From: Monocercomonoides exilis PA203
Taxonomy: Eukaryota; Protista; Preaxostyla
Length of the DNA stretch: 64,000 nucleotides
Direction: 5' to 3'
NCBI GenBank assembly: GCA_001643675.2
Contig: LSRY02000054.1
Location: 62,001 to 126,000 of the forward strand
Both the position numbers and the translations under genes were made by a program. This document shows, piece by piece, positions 13,801 through 28,800 of this stretch (the stretch's first letter is position 1; each line of letters opens with the position of its first letter). The notes under the pieces were generated by a model, which was not told the origin of the DNA, ran no database searches, and was given only the letters and a program-made list of their open reading frames with translations.

Positions 13801-16800
13801 GCTTGAAAGTCTCTTCAGTGAATGCCTTCCAACTGTAATAGGAACATCGCAAGAAGGAGAAGGAGACAAGGAAAGTCTGTTCTTTTTCCTCATTCCTTCT
13901 CTTCCCACACTCAATCCTCTTCTCAATGGCCCCACTGTGATTGCATCTCTCTTCTTCAGTGCACTTTTCTTTTTCCTTCCTTCCAACGATACTTCATCTG
14001 ATGCTGATGCTGCTGAAATATCAATTGCCTTCTTTTTCTTTTTTCTGATGAGCTTCTTCTTCTTCTTCTTCCTTTTGATTTCTGTTTTCTTTTCATTTGC
14101 TGCTTCAGAACCAGCAAGCTCATCCAGCTCTCCTGATGCCTTGTGCACAATCCCCAATCTTGAGTGTGGAGCATCATTCTTCTTCTTCTTCTTCAGAGGA
14201 GATGATCGTGCTGATGAAAGAGAGCTTAATGATGCTTGTGAAGCTGATCGATGGAATGTTCCAAAAAGTTCATTCCCAAAGTGTGTTAATGACTTTGTTT
14301 TTGAGTGATTCACCACATTTGTTGTTGGAGTGTATAATGCTTCTAAAGGCAACTGTTCATTTTTGAATGGATCAAAACCATCTTTTGATGATTGCGCAAA
14401 AGTGGAAGATGTTATCAGTTCTGTTGACAAATCTTTTCCATTCAATCGATCATTTTGGTGATGAGTCATCTCCCTCTTTGATTTCAATGAAGGAATGGCA
14501 AATGGATCAACCGAAGAAGGCGTATGGTATGCTGTCATCCTATCAACACCTTGTGGTTGTGTCTCATCTGTTAATTCTTTCTCTGGTTGAGTTATTTTGA
14601 ATACTCTATCTCCATAATTATCACCTGAGATGTTTTCAATTAATTTGTCCTTTGAAGAGGAATTCATTTTCAATTCATTGTTTTTATTAAGAGCAGAATA
14701 TATTCTATTATCATCCTTTTGTAAATCGCTCTCGTTTTCTGACAAGTCAGCCAAATACAAACAGCTGGATGATTGAGATCTCTTCATCCGTTTATTCTTT
14801 TGTGGTTCTTCTTCATTTTCTTGTTGAATAATATCTGAAGTTAAACATTTGTCATCCAATCCTTCTGTTTGTCGAATATCATCTTTGTTTGTTGACTGCT
14901 CCTTCCCTGTTTTTATTTCATCGTTCTTTTTCTTTGAGAATGAAGGAATAATCATTTTGTATTGAACTGCCTTCGATTTCGCTTTGTCCACCTCTGCCTG
15001 TCTTTCATCTTCTTCACTCAACGACCACGCTTTCCTTTGCATCTTCCCCCTTTTTGATGATCTTCTCATTACACTCCTTCTTCCTCTTCTTCCTCTTGTC
15101 TTCCTCTTTCTCGATGGTGCATCTTTGTTGATCGCTAATCTTCTGTTTCCTCTGAAGTTAACATCTGCTTGTGTCTTTCTCCTCCTCGTCCAATCAACAC
15201 TTCCATTCAATGAAATCATTCTCTGTGATTTCATCATCACTCCATTTACTCCTTCCTCTTCATTGCCTATTTCTCTATCTGCATCGTTAGTGTTTCTGAT
15301 ATCTAACAATCCTGTTCCTTCAAACTGCTCTTCCCAATAGCCCTCTCCATCACTCATTTCTTTCTGTTGATCCTTGCTGATCAATTCGAGTGTCTGCATG
15401 GCATAATGAGAAGATGACTGAGAAGAGAGAGAGGAATATCTTCTGTTTGTGTGTTCTTCCTCTTCTCCTTCTGCATCGCTTGACTCAGTTGGAATGAAGG
15501 GAGCCATTGGAGAGTGGAAGTGAGAGTGAGACAGATCTCTTTGTTTTGGTGAGAGGAAGACTGAGGAAGAGGGAAGCATATGCTGAGTGGGTATTGGAGT
15601 GAGGATGGAGATATTTGATGAATGAGGAGAAGATGACGAAGGAGAAGAATGAGAACGAAAACGAGAAGATGAAGGAGAAGATGCATGAGAAGGAGAGGCA
15701 GAAGATGAAGGAGATGGAAGAGACGAGTGAGTGTTTGTGTGCGTATGAGTATGAGTATGAGAAGGAGAGGAAGAAGGAGAAGGAGAACGGCTGGTGTTCA
15801 TATCCAAATGAGAAGAGTGGAGAAGAGGAGAAGGTTTGGGAACACAACCTTTACTTTCAGATGAGTTCAAAGAAGACTTCGAAGAAGAAGTGGCAAAACC
15901 AGAAGTTGCTCCATTGAATGAAGGAGAAGAAGGAAATGAAGAAAGAGAGGCAGAAGAAGATCTTTGAAGTCTGTTTGGAGAGCAGTTTGGATGAGAAAAG
16001 GCAGTGAGAGTGAACGCCCTGTGCGATTTGCCATCTACAGCCTGATTGATGAAAGGAGAAAGAGAAGGAGAATGAGTCAGCTGCTGGCTGGATGCAGCAA
16101 ATATGCTGGATGCGATGAAGTCCTTCAATGTTGGTGTGATAGAGGCAGAAGGAGTATCACTCTTCTGTGCAAGTATCTTCCCTTCCATCTCTTCTTTCCT
16201 CTTCTCCTCGTCTTCCTTCTGCTCTGTCTGCATTTGAGAGAGCAATGACTTACCAGAGAGACTTGTGTGTGAACGAGACAGAGTGTCTGTCTTTCTGCCT
16301 TCGAATGTGGCATTCGATGAATCAGAAACAGAACTCAGTCTTCGTGCTGTTTCTTGTGTTTGTGGCAGGTTCTGCTCATTTGACATACTCAGAGGAGGAG
16401 TTGGCGAAGATCTTAATGAAGACGAAGAAGACGAGGCAGAAGAAGTGGCTGAAGAGAAGGCAGTTGAGTTGGCATATGTGAGAGAAGGAGAGATTGAGCC
16501 AGAAGATGCCACTTCTCCATTGATGAATGAAACATTGCCTGTATGTTCAGCAAATATTGGTGGCTCTCCATCAGTAACACTTATGGCATGAAATGCATTG
16601 GCCATCGAATCAGATTCAGTCATCCGAAGAATGCCAAGTGAAGAAACAGAATGAGAAGATGAATTAGAAGAGGAATTGGATGAAGAGTTTGATGAAGAAT
16701 TGTTAGATGAATTAGGTCTTTGAGGAGCAATGAGAGGGCTGGAGAGAGGGCTGTGTGTGGGAGTGATAGGAGGAGAGAAATGGGCAGATGATTTAGAGAG

Positions 16801-19800
16801 AATAGAAGAAGGAGACACGCTGCTTCTGCCAAAGTGAGAGGTGTACGGAGGAGGAGAAGGGGAAGGGGAAGGAGTGTGCTGAGAGGAGGAGATGAGCATA
16901 GCGCCAGAACCAGAACCAGAGACAGAGCCTGAGACAGAACTGGAAGAGACAGAAGGAGAGGAGGTGTTCATGGCAGGATAGGGCAGTTCAGGCAGAGGGA
17001 TTGTGTCAACACTCTGAGAGATGATGTGAGGCGAGGGGGTGTGGAGAGAGGATGTGGAAGGAGGGCGCTGTGGATGAGAGATGGGAGAGTTCATCAGATG
17101 AGGAGAGATGCAGAGACGAGAAGGAGATTCAGACACACTCTCTTTTCTGTCTCTGATTCCGAACAGTCTGCTGAAGAGTCCTCTTTTTGGCTGATGTTTT
17201 GTTGATCCGCCGAGAGAAGTGCCGTCAGAGAGAGAAAGAGGAGGAGAAGGAGTGGGTACATGGAATGCAGGTGAGTGGATGTCTCTGGGTGTTGTTGGGG
17301 TGAGGGAGGAGGAAGGAGAAGAGAGACGAGATTCTCCCAATGAAGGAGTGGGTGAGTGAGAATGGGAGTGCAGATGAGAGTGAGAGTAGCATCTGCAGAT
17401 GGGAGGAGTGGAAGAGTTGAGGATGGAGGAGTCATTTCTGTTGGAGGCATAGAAAGAGGACAAGATGGCAGAGGAAGATGTGGATGAGGAGAGGGTGCTC
17501 TGGCCGTTGTATGCATAGTCTGATGGATGATAAGAGGCATTTTGAGTGTTTTGAGTATTGTGAGTATTTTGTGCATTTTGAGAGATGGAGAAGACAGAAG
17601 GAGGAGGAACAGGAGGAGTGGCATGATGATGATGATGATGATGAGAGAGAGAATGGCTACTCGATGAAGAAGGCTGAGGAGAAGGTGAAGGAGAAGAAGA
17701 TGAAGAGGAAGAAGGGGTTGTTGAAGCAGATGAAGATGATGAGATGTTCTGTTGATATTCATAATCTGGTGATATACGTTGACTATTTGAATGAATATCT
17801 TTCTCTTTTTGTTGATTCTTCAGTGAAGTTGATGGAGAAACAGATGAATTATCTGAAGAAGATGATTTTGTGAGAAGAGGAGAAGTTGTAATCGGTTGAT
17901 TCTGATGAGAATGATGAGAATGATGAGAAGAAGAAGAAGAAGAAGAATTCTTTGGAGGTGTTGTTGTGCGTGAAGGTGGAGGAGACTCACAAACAACCTT
18001 CTTTGGCGATACATCAGACGAAGATCTCTTCAACACTGGGGTGCTTGGATGATCATTATGACTCCCTTCTTTCCTCTCAAATTGCTCTTCTTTTCCCTTT
18101 TTGTTCTTCAATTTGAGATATTCTTTGACCTTTGGCGAGGCATAAGACTCAGAAATCATCAGAGGAGAGTCAACAGAACTGCTCTGTCCAGCTGGCTTCC
18201 TCAGAACAACAGAGTAAGAAGCATAGAATGAGTCTGCGTCCACTGACTGATTGGCAGCAGAGGCAGATGACTGAGAATGGAGAGAGGTTGGTTCTATTTG
18301 ATTGTCCTGTGAATGAGAATTAGAATGAGAGTGAGAGTGAGAGAGTGAATGAGAGTGGGTGAGAGAGAGAGAAAGAGAAAGAGCATCTTCTTTGTTGGCA
18401 ATGCTGGAAGGACGGATGAGTTTGGAATGAGAAGGAGATGAGGCGATAAGAGATGTGGTTGATGGAGTTGAGGGGAGATGAGAAGTTGAAACAGATGAAG
18501 ATGATGAGGAAGAGGAAGAGGAAGAAGAGGAAAAAGAAGAAGCAGAAGAAGAATTCACATTGATAGCAGACAGAGCAGGAATAGGGCCAAAAGCGTGTAC
18601 AGAGCGAGGGGTGTGGATGATGATGCCGTCGACAGAGGCAAGTGTGGGGGAAGGACAAGAGATGCTGGCAGGAGAGTGAGGAAGAGAGATGCCTAATTGA
18701 GTGCGAGAGGCTGGGCTGTCTGTTGATTGGACACGTTTTGTGTGGGAAGAGAAGTGAGGAGAGGATTCGTGTGAAGGAGATGGAGAAGAGAGGTTGGATG
18801 GAACAGAAGAAGAAGAAGATGATGAGGTTGAAGAAGAAGAAGAAGAAGAAGAACTTGAAGAATATAAAACATTTGTTGATGAAGACTCAACAGGAGAAGA
18901 GATGAAATTAGGAAATGCATCTGAAGACATCGCAGATTTGTCTGTGTTGCCTTTCAAACTTTCACTTGTCACTTTGATCATTGATTCATTTGATTGATCC
19001 AATTCTGTTGAAATAGCCTTTTCTTCTCTCTTCTCAACAGAAGAATTGTCAACTTCTGCTTCTTTTCCTGCATTTCCATCAGAATGACTGGGCATAAAAC
19101 TGTTCGTATTGCTTAAAGGAGACAAAGGCAAAAATGTGTCCTTTTGATTGTTTTCTCCCTTTTCAAACTGAACTTTTGGCAGTTTTTGGTTGATAAATCT
19201 ATCATTTTGTGGATGAGAAAGAGAAATATCTGAAGTTTGAGTGATATTCTGTTCAGTTTCTGTTTCTGTCAAATGAGATTCTTCTTCATTGCATCTTTGT
19301 TCATATGCTGAATACATCGAAGATTTGACACTTTCTTCTTCATCCGCATCAACATCATCTTCCTCATCTTCCTCTTCTTCTTCGTCTATTGCTTGTGGAG
19401 AGGCAGGAGGATAATGCTGTTGAGAAGGGAAAAGAGAAGAAGAAGAGCCATGAGAGAGGAAAGGAGAAAGAGATCCAGCAGAAGAAGATGATTGTGTTTC
19501 GGTAGAAGAGGAAGAAGAAGAGGAAGGAGAAGGAAAAGCAGGAGGAGGAGAAGGAGGAGAAGAAATTGTATTTTGAGAAGAATTAGAAGAATTAGAAGAG
19601 TCTGAAGAAGACGATGAAGAAGGAGAAGAAGTTGCAGAAGAAGGTATTATTGAAGAAGAAGAAGAAGACGACGACGAAGATGAAGATGAAGATGATGAAG
19701 TTGTAGTTGTAGAAGAAGGAGAAGGTTCCACCTCATTTGGAGTAGATTCATTCATTTGAGTGCCATCTGAGTGCAAAGAGAGGCAGATGTGAGTGTTGCA

Positions 19801-22800
19801 GGTAGATTCATCGGCTGTTGGGGATGTCATTTCCTGTTGAGAGGAAAGAGTGCTTGTGATGGCTGTGTGACGAGACACAACACCTGTTGAGTTGTTGGTG
19901 GTGCTGCACAATGACTGAGGAGAGGAAGAAGAAGAGGAGGAGGAGGAAGAGGAGGAGGAAGAGGAGGATGAAGAAGACATTGAAGAAGAAGAAGATGAAC
20001 TTGAAGATGTGGATATAGAGCCAGATGAGTTTGTGTTAGAAGAAGTTGTATTTGTAACAGAAGGAGAAGGCGAAGGCGAAGGGAAAAGAGGAGTGAATGA
20101 AGGAGAAAAAGCAGCAACAGGAGAAGCAATCAAAGAGACACCGCCAGTTCCAAAAGTGGGCAAAGAGGCAGGTATGACGATGGTTGAGGCAGGCCTGGCT
20201 GGTCTGTCAGACATCGACGTGTGCTGCAGAGGGAAAGAGGAAGGGGTCATGTTCTGTGTGAGCTGCTCACTTGACTCAGAGGCAGATGTCATGGTGGCAG
20301 TAACTGAAGGGCTGGTGCCAGAGAGAGAAGGAGAAGAGCGGGTGGGTGACTGGAAGAGAGGAGGAGAGAAGGAGCGGAGATTGTCACCGGCAAAGACAGA
20401 AGAAGTGCTTATTGTTGTGGCTGTTGCTGATGATGCTGTGGCTGATGTGGATGAAGATGTCACTTTCTGATCATTCGCATCATTCCTTTCATTTTGTATC
20501 AGACTCAATGAATATGGCCGAAATTCCTGTTTTGCTGGCTTCTGTTTGGAATGTTGCACAAAAGTGTCTGCAAACACAGAAGAACGATGAGTCTTTGGCT
20601 GAGAAAAGAGAGCAGATGAAGAAGGCATTGAAAACGACTCTTGTGCAGCAGAAGTGTCAGAAGAGGATGCATTTGACAAATTGGTTGTACTTTCAGAGAT
20701 AGGAGGGGCAAAAGAAGAGCAAGAGGCAGGAGTCTCAGAAGAAGGGATGGTCAAACTGGAGGAAGATGAAGTAATACCAGAGGAGGAAGAAGAATAAGAA
20801 GAAGAAGAAGAAGAAGATGATGATAATGACTGAAACACATTCATAAGATTAGTATTCTTTGGTTCAATTTGTATGAGTGATTGCCCAGGTGCCAGAGGTG
20901 ATTGTACCTCTCCCACAATAAACTCTCCTTTTGTTCTTCTTTTCTCTTCCTTCGCTTTCTTCTTCTTTCGATCTCTCTTCTTCTCCTTTCTTCTCTTTCT
21001 CTCTTTCTCTCTTTTCATTTCTTTCAATGCTTCATATTCGTCTTTCTCTTCTTCCCCTGCAAATCTTCTGTTGCTGAATATCATATCCACTCCTTCTGCT
21101 TCAATTCCTTTCAGATATTCCTTTCCTTTCCTTCTTCTGTCGTGTCTGTGTTTGTGAATGCGATGATGACTGTGGTGATGGCCATGCTTGCTTTTATGAT
21201 GCCTCTTTTCTTTTATCTTTTCTTTCCTTTGTGAATGAGAAACAGAACCAACTGAATTTTCTCTGAGCAAAACACCTTCTTCGTTGATCATTCCTTTCCA
21301 CAACTGATTCCAATTGGATATATCATCATCTTTTGCTCCATTTTGGTTATTTTGTTGAATGTTTTTGTTTTGTTGTTTAATGTTCCCCTCATCTTCATCT
21401 CCAACAAAGCCATCTTCACTCATTCTCCCTTCGTCATTCTCATCAGCTCCACCTGAAAGAGGAGGAGGAAGTGCAACTGATCCTTTGCTGCATGAGGACA
21501 ATGAATGATTGTCAGATGGTATAGACAGTGATGACATTGTGGGTGATGTTGCCCAAGAAGATGAAGCAGAAGAAGAAGAAGAAGAAGAAGAAGAAGAAGA
21601 AGAAGAAGAAGAAGAAGAAGAAGAAGAAGAAGAAGAAGAAGAAGAAGAAGAAGAAGAAGAAGAAGAAGAAGAGAAGGAGGAAGAGGAATAAGAAGAAGGA
21701 ATTGCAAGATGAAGATCTACTTTCTTTCCACTTTCTCCTTCTGAAGTGAAAGGCTCATCTTTGAGCATTGTATTACCCTCAGAATCTGTTGTTGTTTCAT
21801 CTTTGCTCTTTGTGGAAGATGCAATTGAACGCAATGTGGAAACAGCTGTTGCTGGTTGAGTGATATCATCATCTGTTCTGTCAAATGCTCCTTCCTCTTT
21901 CAGAATATCTCCATCTTTCCATATCTTCTCTGCATTCTTCGCATTCACATCATACACCCTCACAGTTGTTGCTATGATCTTCCTGGGACTTGCCTCAAAT
22001 TCATGATGAGAATGTCTAGAGTGATGCAGATGTGTGTGCTTGTGATGCTTATGCTCTTCTTTCTGGTCATCTTTGAGATCGTCTCTGTGTTTCGAGTGAC
22101 TTTTGCTTTTGTGACTGCTTTTGCTGTGATGATGATGATGATGGTTGTGATGATGCTGATGCTCTGATTTTCTATTATTCGCATCCTTTTGATGATCTTT
22201 CACAGACAAATATGGAGTAAGTCTATCAAATGCCATTTGTGTTGTATCAATTTGTCCATCTTTTGTTTCCATATCAACGTCTATTGGTTTTCCAACGTTA
22301 CTCTTTTCAACTTCACTGCCTTCAGTCCCATCTCTCTTTCCCATCTCTTCTGTTTCCACTCCTTCTTCACTGTTTGTATCCACAACTGGCAACAGCTCTT
22401 CTTGTGGAGGTGATCGTGAAGGCGATCTCATCTTCATTCTGCCTATTCTTTTGAGAGTGTTTGCTCTTCTCTCTTTCTTTGCCTCGTCTATCAGATTCTG
22501 CACAGGAGAGGCAAATCCAACAACAGTCATTGCTCTCTTAGAGCGTGTGAGTGTGTGCGGATGAGGAGGATAAGGACGCTTTGAAGAGTTCTGTGGTGTT
22601 GTTGTGCTGGGAGAACAAGCTTCATTTGACTGAGGAGAGGCAGTTTGATCTGATTGAGAGAAGGATAGAGGAGGAAAAGCAGATGGAGTGGTAATACCTG
22701 ATTCTGATGAGGAGGAGGTAGAAGAAGTGGAAGAAGAGGAGGGAGGTGAATCAATTGAAGAAGAAGAAGAAGAAGATGAAGAAGAAGTATTAGTTGAGGA

Positions 22801-25800
22801 GTCAAAATAAGGAGAAGATGAAGGAGAGCAGAATTGAGGAGACAGATCAATCATCTGTTGAGCAGATGTCTGTGTTTGTGAAGAGATGGGAGTGGAAAGA
22901 GCAGACTGAGCTATCTTCTGAGGAGGAACAGGAGCAGGTGAAGGAGTGGATATTGTGACAGTATATTGATGAGTAGGGGAAGGAGTGAATGGAGTCGGGG
23001 CAGTTGTTTGAGTGATGGAAAGAGAGCCCAAATAAGATGAATTGGCAGAAGAGACAGAACGAGGGGTGGAGAAGACAGATGTTGTGGTTGAGGGTGTGGC
23101 CAATGCAGACTCACACAAAAGAGAAGGATGAGTGGGAATGATTGAAGAGGAAGGAGAAGAAGAAGAAGAAGATGATGATGATGTTGAAGCAACATTAACA
23201 GTATTCGCCATCCTTTGTGAGTAAACTCTTCCAACAGGAGGAGAAGGAGAAGGAGAGACAGAGAATAAAGAGAGGGTGTCAGGCAGAGCAGGAGATACTC
23301 CCATTGGAGAGACAGTCTCAGATGAAGAGAGAGCAGTTGTTGTGGCTGTGGTGGCGAGTGAGGTTGAAGTGGCATTTGATGTGAGTGCTTCTGCATTGTC
23401 TGCAGCATATGAGGGAGAGGGAGAGGCAGAGGGAGAAGCAGAAGGAGAGGGGGAGGGAGAGGGAGATAGAGAGGAAGCAGAGGGAGAAGAAGAAGGTGAA
23501 AGAGAAGGAGAAGGAGAAGGAGATGAAGATGGAAGAGACGCATCAGAAGAAGAGGATGAGGTAGAAGTGGTGAATGTTGTCATAGTCATAGCCATAGCAT
23601 CATCAGAGTCATCGTTGTCTCCATTTGAAGATGACTCAGGGGGAGAAGGAGAAGGAGAAGGGAAGACAGAAGACAGAGGCATCATAACTGTTCTGCTGCG
23701 TGTGTGTCTGAAGGAGGCAGGGAGGGTCATTGTGATACGAGGATTGTTGAAGAATCTGTCTGCCCCATCGCCATTTCTTGTCTGAGGAGACTCCATTGAA
23801 GAAGAAGAGGAAGAGGAGGAGGATGAAGATGTTGATGATAGAATATTATTCAGTTGAGACAGAGCATCATTCCCATTCTGCATATTAGCCATTCCCATTC
23901 TGCTCTCCTTCACTTTCGCTGCAGTGTCTGTGCGTGTGCGTGTCAGAGGAGGTCTTACAATGTCATCACTCACTTCTCCCCAGGGTGTCTCAAATGCCAT
24001 CGTCTTCAGATCAGTCGGGTCAAACGAGGCAATTGAGATGGCATCCACATCACTCGATGAGACCGTTGAGAGAGAAGAGAGAGTGGGTGAGTGGCCTCGT
24101 GACTTGGAGGATTTTGTAGGTGAGGAATGTGATTGAGATTGAGACTGTGAATGGGAATGGGAATGGGATTGGGAATGGGAATGAGAATGAGAATGAGAGT
24201 GAGAATGTGATGAATGTTCATGTGATTTTGAGGAAGACGATGAAGATGTGTTTGTAGATGTGACAGAAGTTGAAACAGTTGATCTTGTTGCATTCAAATC
24301 AAATGAAGAAGATGATGAAGAGGAAGAAGAAGAAGACGCTTCAGAAGAGAAGCTATATGCTTGTGTGTCAGCTGTTCTGAATGAAGAGTTGGATGAAGTC
24401 GAAGCATAAGGGAATGTGGTTGTGTGAGTGAGAGAACGAATATCCAGTGCATGTTCAGCGTGTTGTGTTCTGCTTCTCTTGAGTGAATGTTTGTGTGGAT
24501 GAGGAGTATTCAGAGGAGATGACAGCAATTTGGATGAGGCAGCCATGTTGAATGAGGATGTGACTGTGCTGTGTGTGGCAGAGGAGGAAGAAGAGGAAGG
24601 GGAAGAAGAAGCTGAAATGGAGGAAGCATTGAGTGAATTGTCTGATGAGTCATATTCTGATGATGATCCTTCGATTGATGAAGAAGAATAAGAAGATGAT
24701 GATGATGTGGATGATGACGAGGAAGAGGAGGAAGTATAAGAACCTCTGTCCTCATCAGTATCACACATATATTCATCACCATCATTTCTGTCATCATCAG
24801 AATCAGAAGAATCAGATGAAAAAGAGGAAGATGAAGAGGAAGAAGAAGAAACAGAATCTTCATCACTTGAAGAGTCAGCCATTTCTTTCTCACTCAAAGC
24901 AGATGTGGCAGAGCGAGTGATGGTGTGTGACTTGTCAGAAGGAGACAAATCAGATGAATAAGCATTTGATGACAGACCTTTTGAGTTGGTTGTTGTTGGA
25001 ATTGAGTCTGGAATGGATGGTGCATTGGATGCTGGCAAGGATGAAGAAGAAGAAGATGAAGAAGAAGGAGAGGAGGATAAAGCAGATGAATCAGAAGAGG
25101 AGGAGGAAGAGGAAGAATAAGAAGAAGAGGAAGTGATGCTTGAAAGTGTTGTGAGAGTAGCAGTAGAAGTGAACACAGCAGAACGGGTGGCATTTGAGTA
25201 GTTCAAAGAACCCTTCCTCATTTCCGGAGAGAGATGAAGCATGAATGAAGTGGCTGTGTTTGACAATGGAGTCTGACTGGGTGAAGAATCAAGAGAACAC
25301 AAAGTGGAATTGCCGACAATTGAGGAAGGTGTATGTCTCTCAGAATAAGATGAAGGAAACTCACTTTGATTGACTTGTTCTGTTGAGACAGTCATCAACT
25401 CATCACTCACATCACTCAGCAGCTTTCGCAGATAATCAAAGGACTTCTTGTTATCTTCTGCATTGCTGGAGTCTTGTTCGATTGTTCTTTTGCCTTTTTC
25501 CCCTTCAATTTCTGAGTTAACTCGTGACAGTTCTGTCTGACTTGACTCATTCAACTGATAAACAGCACTTTTGTGCTTGATTGGCTTGTCATTCCTGAAC
25601 ACTCTCTCTTTCTCGTGATGAAGCTCAAAATTTGTGTCTGAGGAAGAAGAAGCTATCTGCCCTGGATGCTCATATGAAGAATGCAACTCTTCCAATGAAG
25701 AATATTCTGAAATTGGCTGAATATTCATCTCATCATCATCATTGTCGTCATCATTTTCTATTTTCCACTTCTTTATCTTCATCGTCATCATCTTCTTCTT

Positions 25801-28800
25801 CTCTTCGCTCTCCTTCTGCATTGATGGATAATTAGACTGGAACAAATGGACATCTGCATCCACCACAGACATCGACTGTGAACGAGGTGTGTTTCTGACA
25901 GGTGTTGTTTGACTGGACAGGAGTGCAAGAGGAGGAATCTGAAGAGAAGCAACAGAAGGATAGTTGGAACTGCTTGGAGATGTGCCATGGGTGATGGAGA
26001 GGGAGCGATCAAGCATTGTTGATTCTTCTCTTTGAAGTGATATTCCACTTGTTTGATTATTGGATACTCCTTCTTTGAGATGATGTTGTTCATTGCTCAT
26101 ATCTCCATTGGTGTTGTCTTGTATGTTTTGGAATATTCTTCTGAATTTCTCTTCAAATTTTCTGTTTTTGGCTTCTTTTCTTTCTCTCCTTCTTTTCTCC
26201 TTCATTTCCTTTTTCAATCTCTTTTCTTCCCTTTTCCTTTCCTTCTTCTCTCTCTCTTTCTCTTTATCCTTCCCCTTCAATTTCTCCATCCTTTTCTTCT
26301 CTTCATCAACACTTATCCTCTTAATCACAATTGTTCTCTTCTTCTTCCTCTCCTCTGATGACATTTCATCCACTCCATCTTTCTTCTCATATCTCATCTC
26401 TTCTATCGGAGCAAGTGTGCTTTCCATTCCTTTCTCTCTCCCACTCTCTTTCAGATGCCCTGACTTCCTCATCGACAGATGAGGAGTGAAATTCTGCCCA
26501 AAGAGTGTATTTGCATCTGATGAAAGAGAAGGAAAAGAAGAAGAAGCAGAAGAGGAGGAGGAGGAGGAGGAAGATGAAGTTGAACCAGATGTGACTGAAG
26601 ACATAGAGAATGTTGGAGAAGGAAGAGGGGGCATACTTCCGTTGACAGGAGGAGAAGTGGAAGATGTTGGATTGAGTGACAGAGAAGGCACAGAAGATGA
26701 CAGAACACCAAATGAAGGAGAACGAGGCATAGGATGAGTGAAGGTGGACGATAGCAATGGATAGAATGAGACACGAGACGGAGACTCAGAAAGAGATGGG
26801 AAAGAAGAAAAAGAGGAAGAAGAAGGAAGAGAAGAAGGCAAAGTTGAATGAGCATGTGACGAATGACTGGCATTGGAAGTGAAGGGGACAAAAGATTTGA
26901 GAGCAGCAGCGGAGGAGGAGGAAGAAGAAGAAGGATTAACAGCAGAAGGATTAAGAAGTTGAGGAGATGAATGAGAAGGAGTGACATTGTATGACATAGC
27001 AAATGATACAGTGTTTGCTCGTCTGTGTTTTGGATGAGTGAACATCAGAGGAAGAGGAGAAGTTGGAAGGACGTTGATGTTGCCCTTGGGAGAGCGAACA
27101 AGATGGCTGATGTCATTTGATGATGATGCACTGAATGAAGAATGTGTGGATGTTGTTCCAATGACAGGAGGATGAGGACTGCCAGGGTGAGTGACAAAGG
27201 AGACAGCATGTGGGGGCATTGAAAGGAAGGAGGAAGAAGAGGCTGAAAGAGAATAGGAAGGAGAAAGAAGAGGAGAAGCAATGGAGGAAGAAGAGGAAGA
27301 TGAAGAGGAGGAGGAGGAAGAAGAAGAAATAACATTCATTGAAGATTGCCTCCGATGAGTGCGATGTCTTGTTGGTGCCTTTGGTGATGTTGGAGGTAAA
27401 AAATGTTTTTGAGCCAGTTCAGAATAAATAGATGAAGAAAACTGCTGTTTTGATAAGGATTTCATTGGAAGGTGAGTATTCTGATAAAATGAATGCATCT
27501 GATCAGCAAAATGCTCAGTCAACAAGAGAGTGTTTGAAGGGAGTGAACGAGAAGGAGAAGAGGAAAGAGGAAGAGTGGCTGATGAGTTGAAGCGAGGAGA
27601 GCGAACACACAAAAGAGGAGTGAGAGAAGAAGTTTCCAAAGCAGATGAGGAATGAGTATAAATAGAGGAAGAAGAAGATGCAGAAGAGGAGGAGGAAGAA
27701 GAATATGTTGAAGAAGGAGAGTCTGTTTGTGGATAAGGCAATTCATGTGGATGTTCAGGAGATGATTGAGTGAAGACAGAAGGAGAAGCAAATGACTCAG
27801 AAGGAGCAGAGGGTAATGCTGAGCTGAGAGAGAGGTCAGTGAATGAGGCAGATCCCTTTGAATCAGCCTCAGATGAATGAGATCGTTGCTTCTCTTGTAT
27901 CAATGGATGGATCGATATTTCAGACAAATTGCTTTCTTCTGATGCATTTTGTGTGGATAGTGTGGAATGAGAGGATAACGTGGGAACAATAAATTCTCTT
28001 CCTTTTATTTGCTTCTCATTCTGATTGTCTTTTGCTTTATTCATTCTGTTATTTTGATTGATTTCATTGTTCTTATCATCAACTGATGGGATGAGCTTGG
28101 CAGTCTCAAAGACACTTGCAGGAATCAATGCTAATTTTGCTTCTTCTTTCTCTTTCAATTCATTTTTGAGATTCATTTCTTTGTTGTTGTAAAGTTCTGC
28201 TTCATTTTCATTAACATTTTTGTTATCTTTTGATAGCTTTTCAATTGCCTTCAGAATAGAATTAGGCGATCGATGTCTTTTGTGATGCTTTGAACTAGCA
28301 TTTGAGTGATGTCTCTTCTTCTCTTCTTTCTCCTTTTCTTTCTCTTTTCCTTTTCTTTCTTGTTTGTCTTGTTTGTCCTTCTTTCCTTTTGGACTTGTTT
28401 TATCTTCATCTTCCTTTTTCTCGCTTTTCAACTTATCTTCTTCAGCTTTTTCTTTTTCTTTCTCTTTCTCTTCATCTCCTTCTAAAGCATGATGATTATG
28501 TCTATGTTCATGATTATCTGACTTCTTTCGTGTCTCATTCTTCATCGACATCTTTCTCTTCTTAATCTTCTTCTTCTCTTTTTCTTCTTCTCCTTCTTCT
28601 CCTTCTTTCTTTCCATCAACTTCTTCTTTTGCTTCTTTTGATTCTTTATCTTCTTTATCTTCTCTTTCTTTCTCCTTTCTGCTTGTTCCTGCTTTTGATC
28701 GAGTGTGCTTAGAAGATGTGTGATGAATGGATTGTCTTCTGTTTGAGTGATGTTGTGTCTCATTCACTCCATCTGATGTTGTTCTGTTTGAAACTGACTC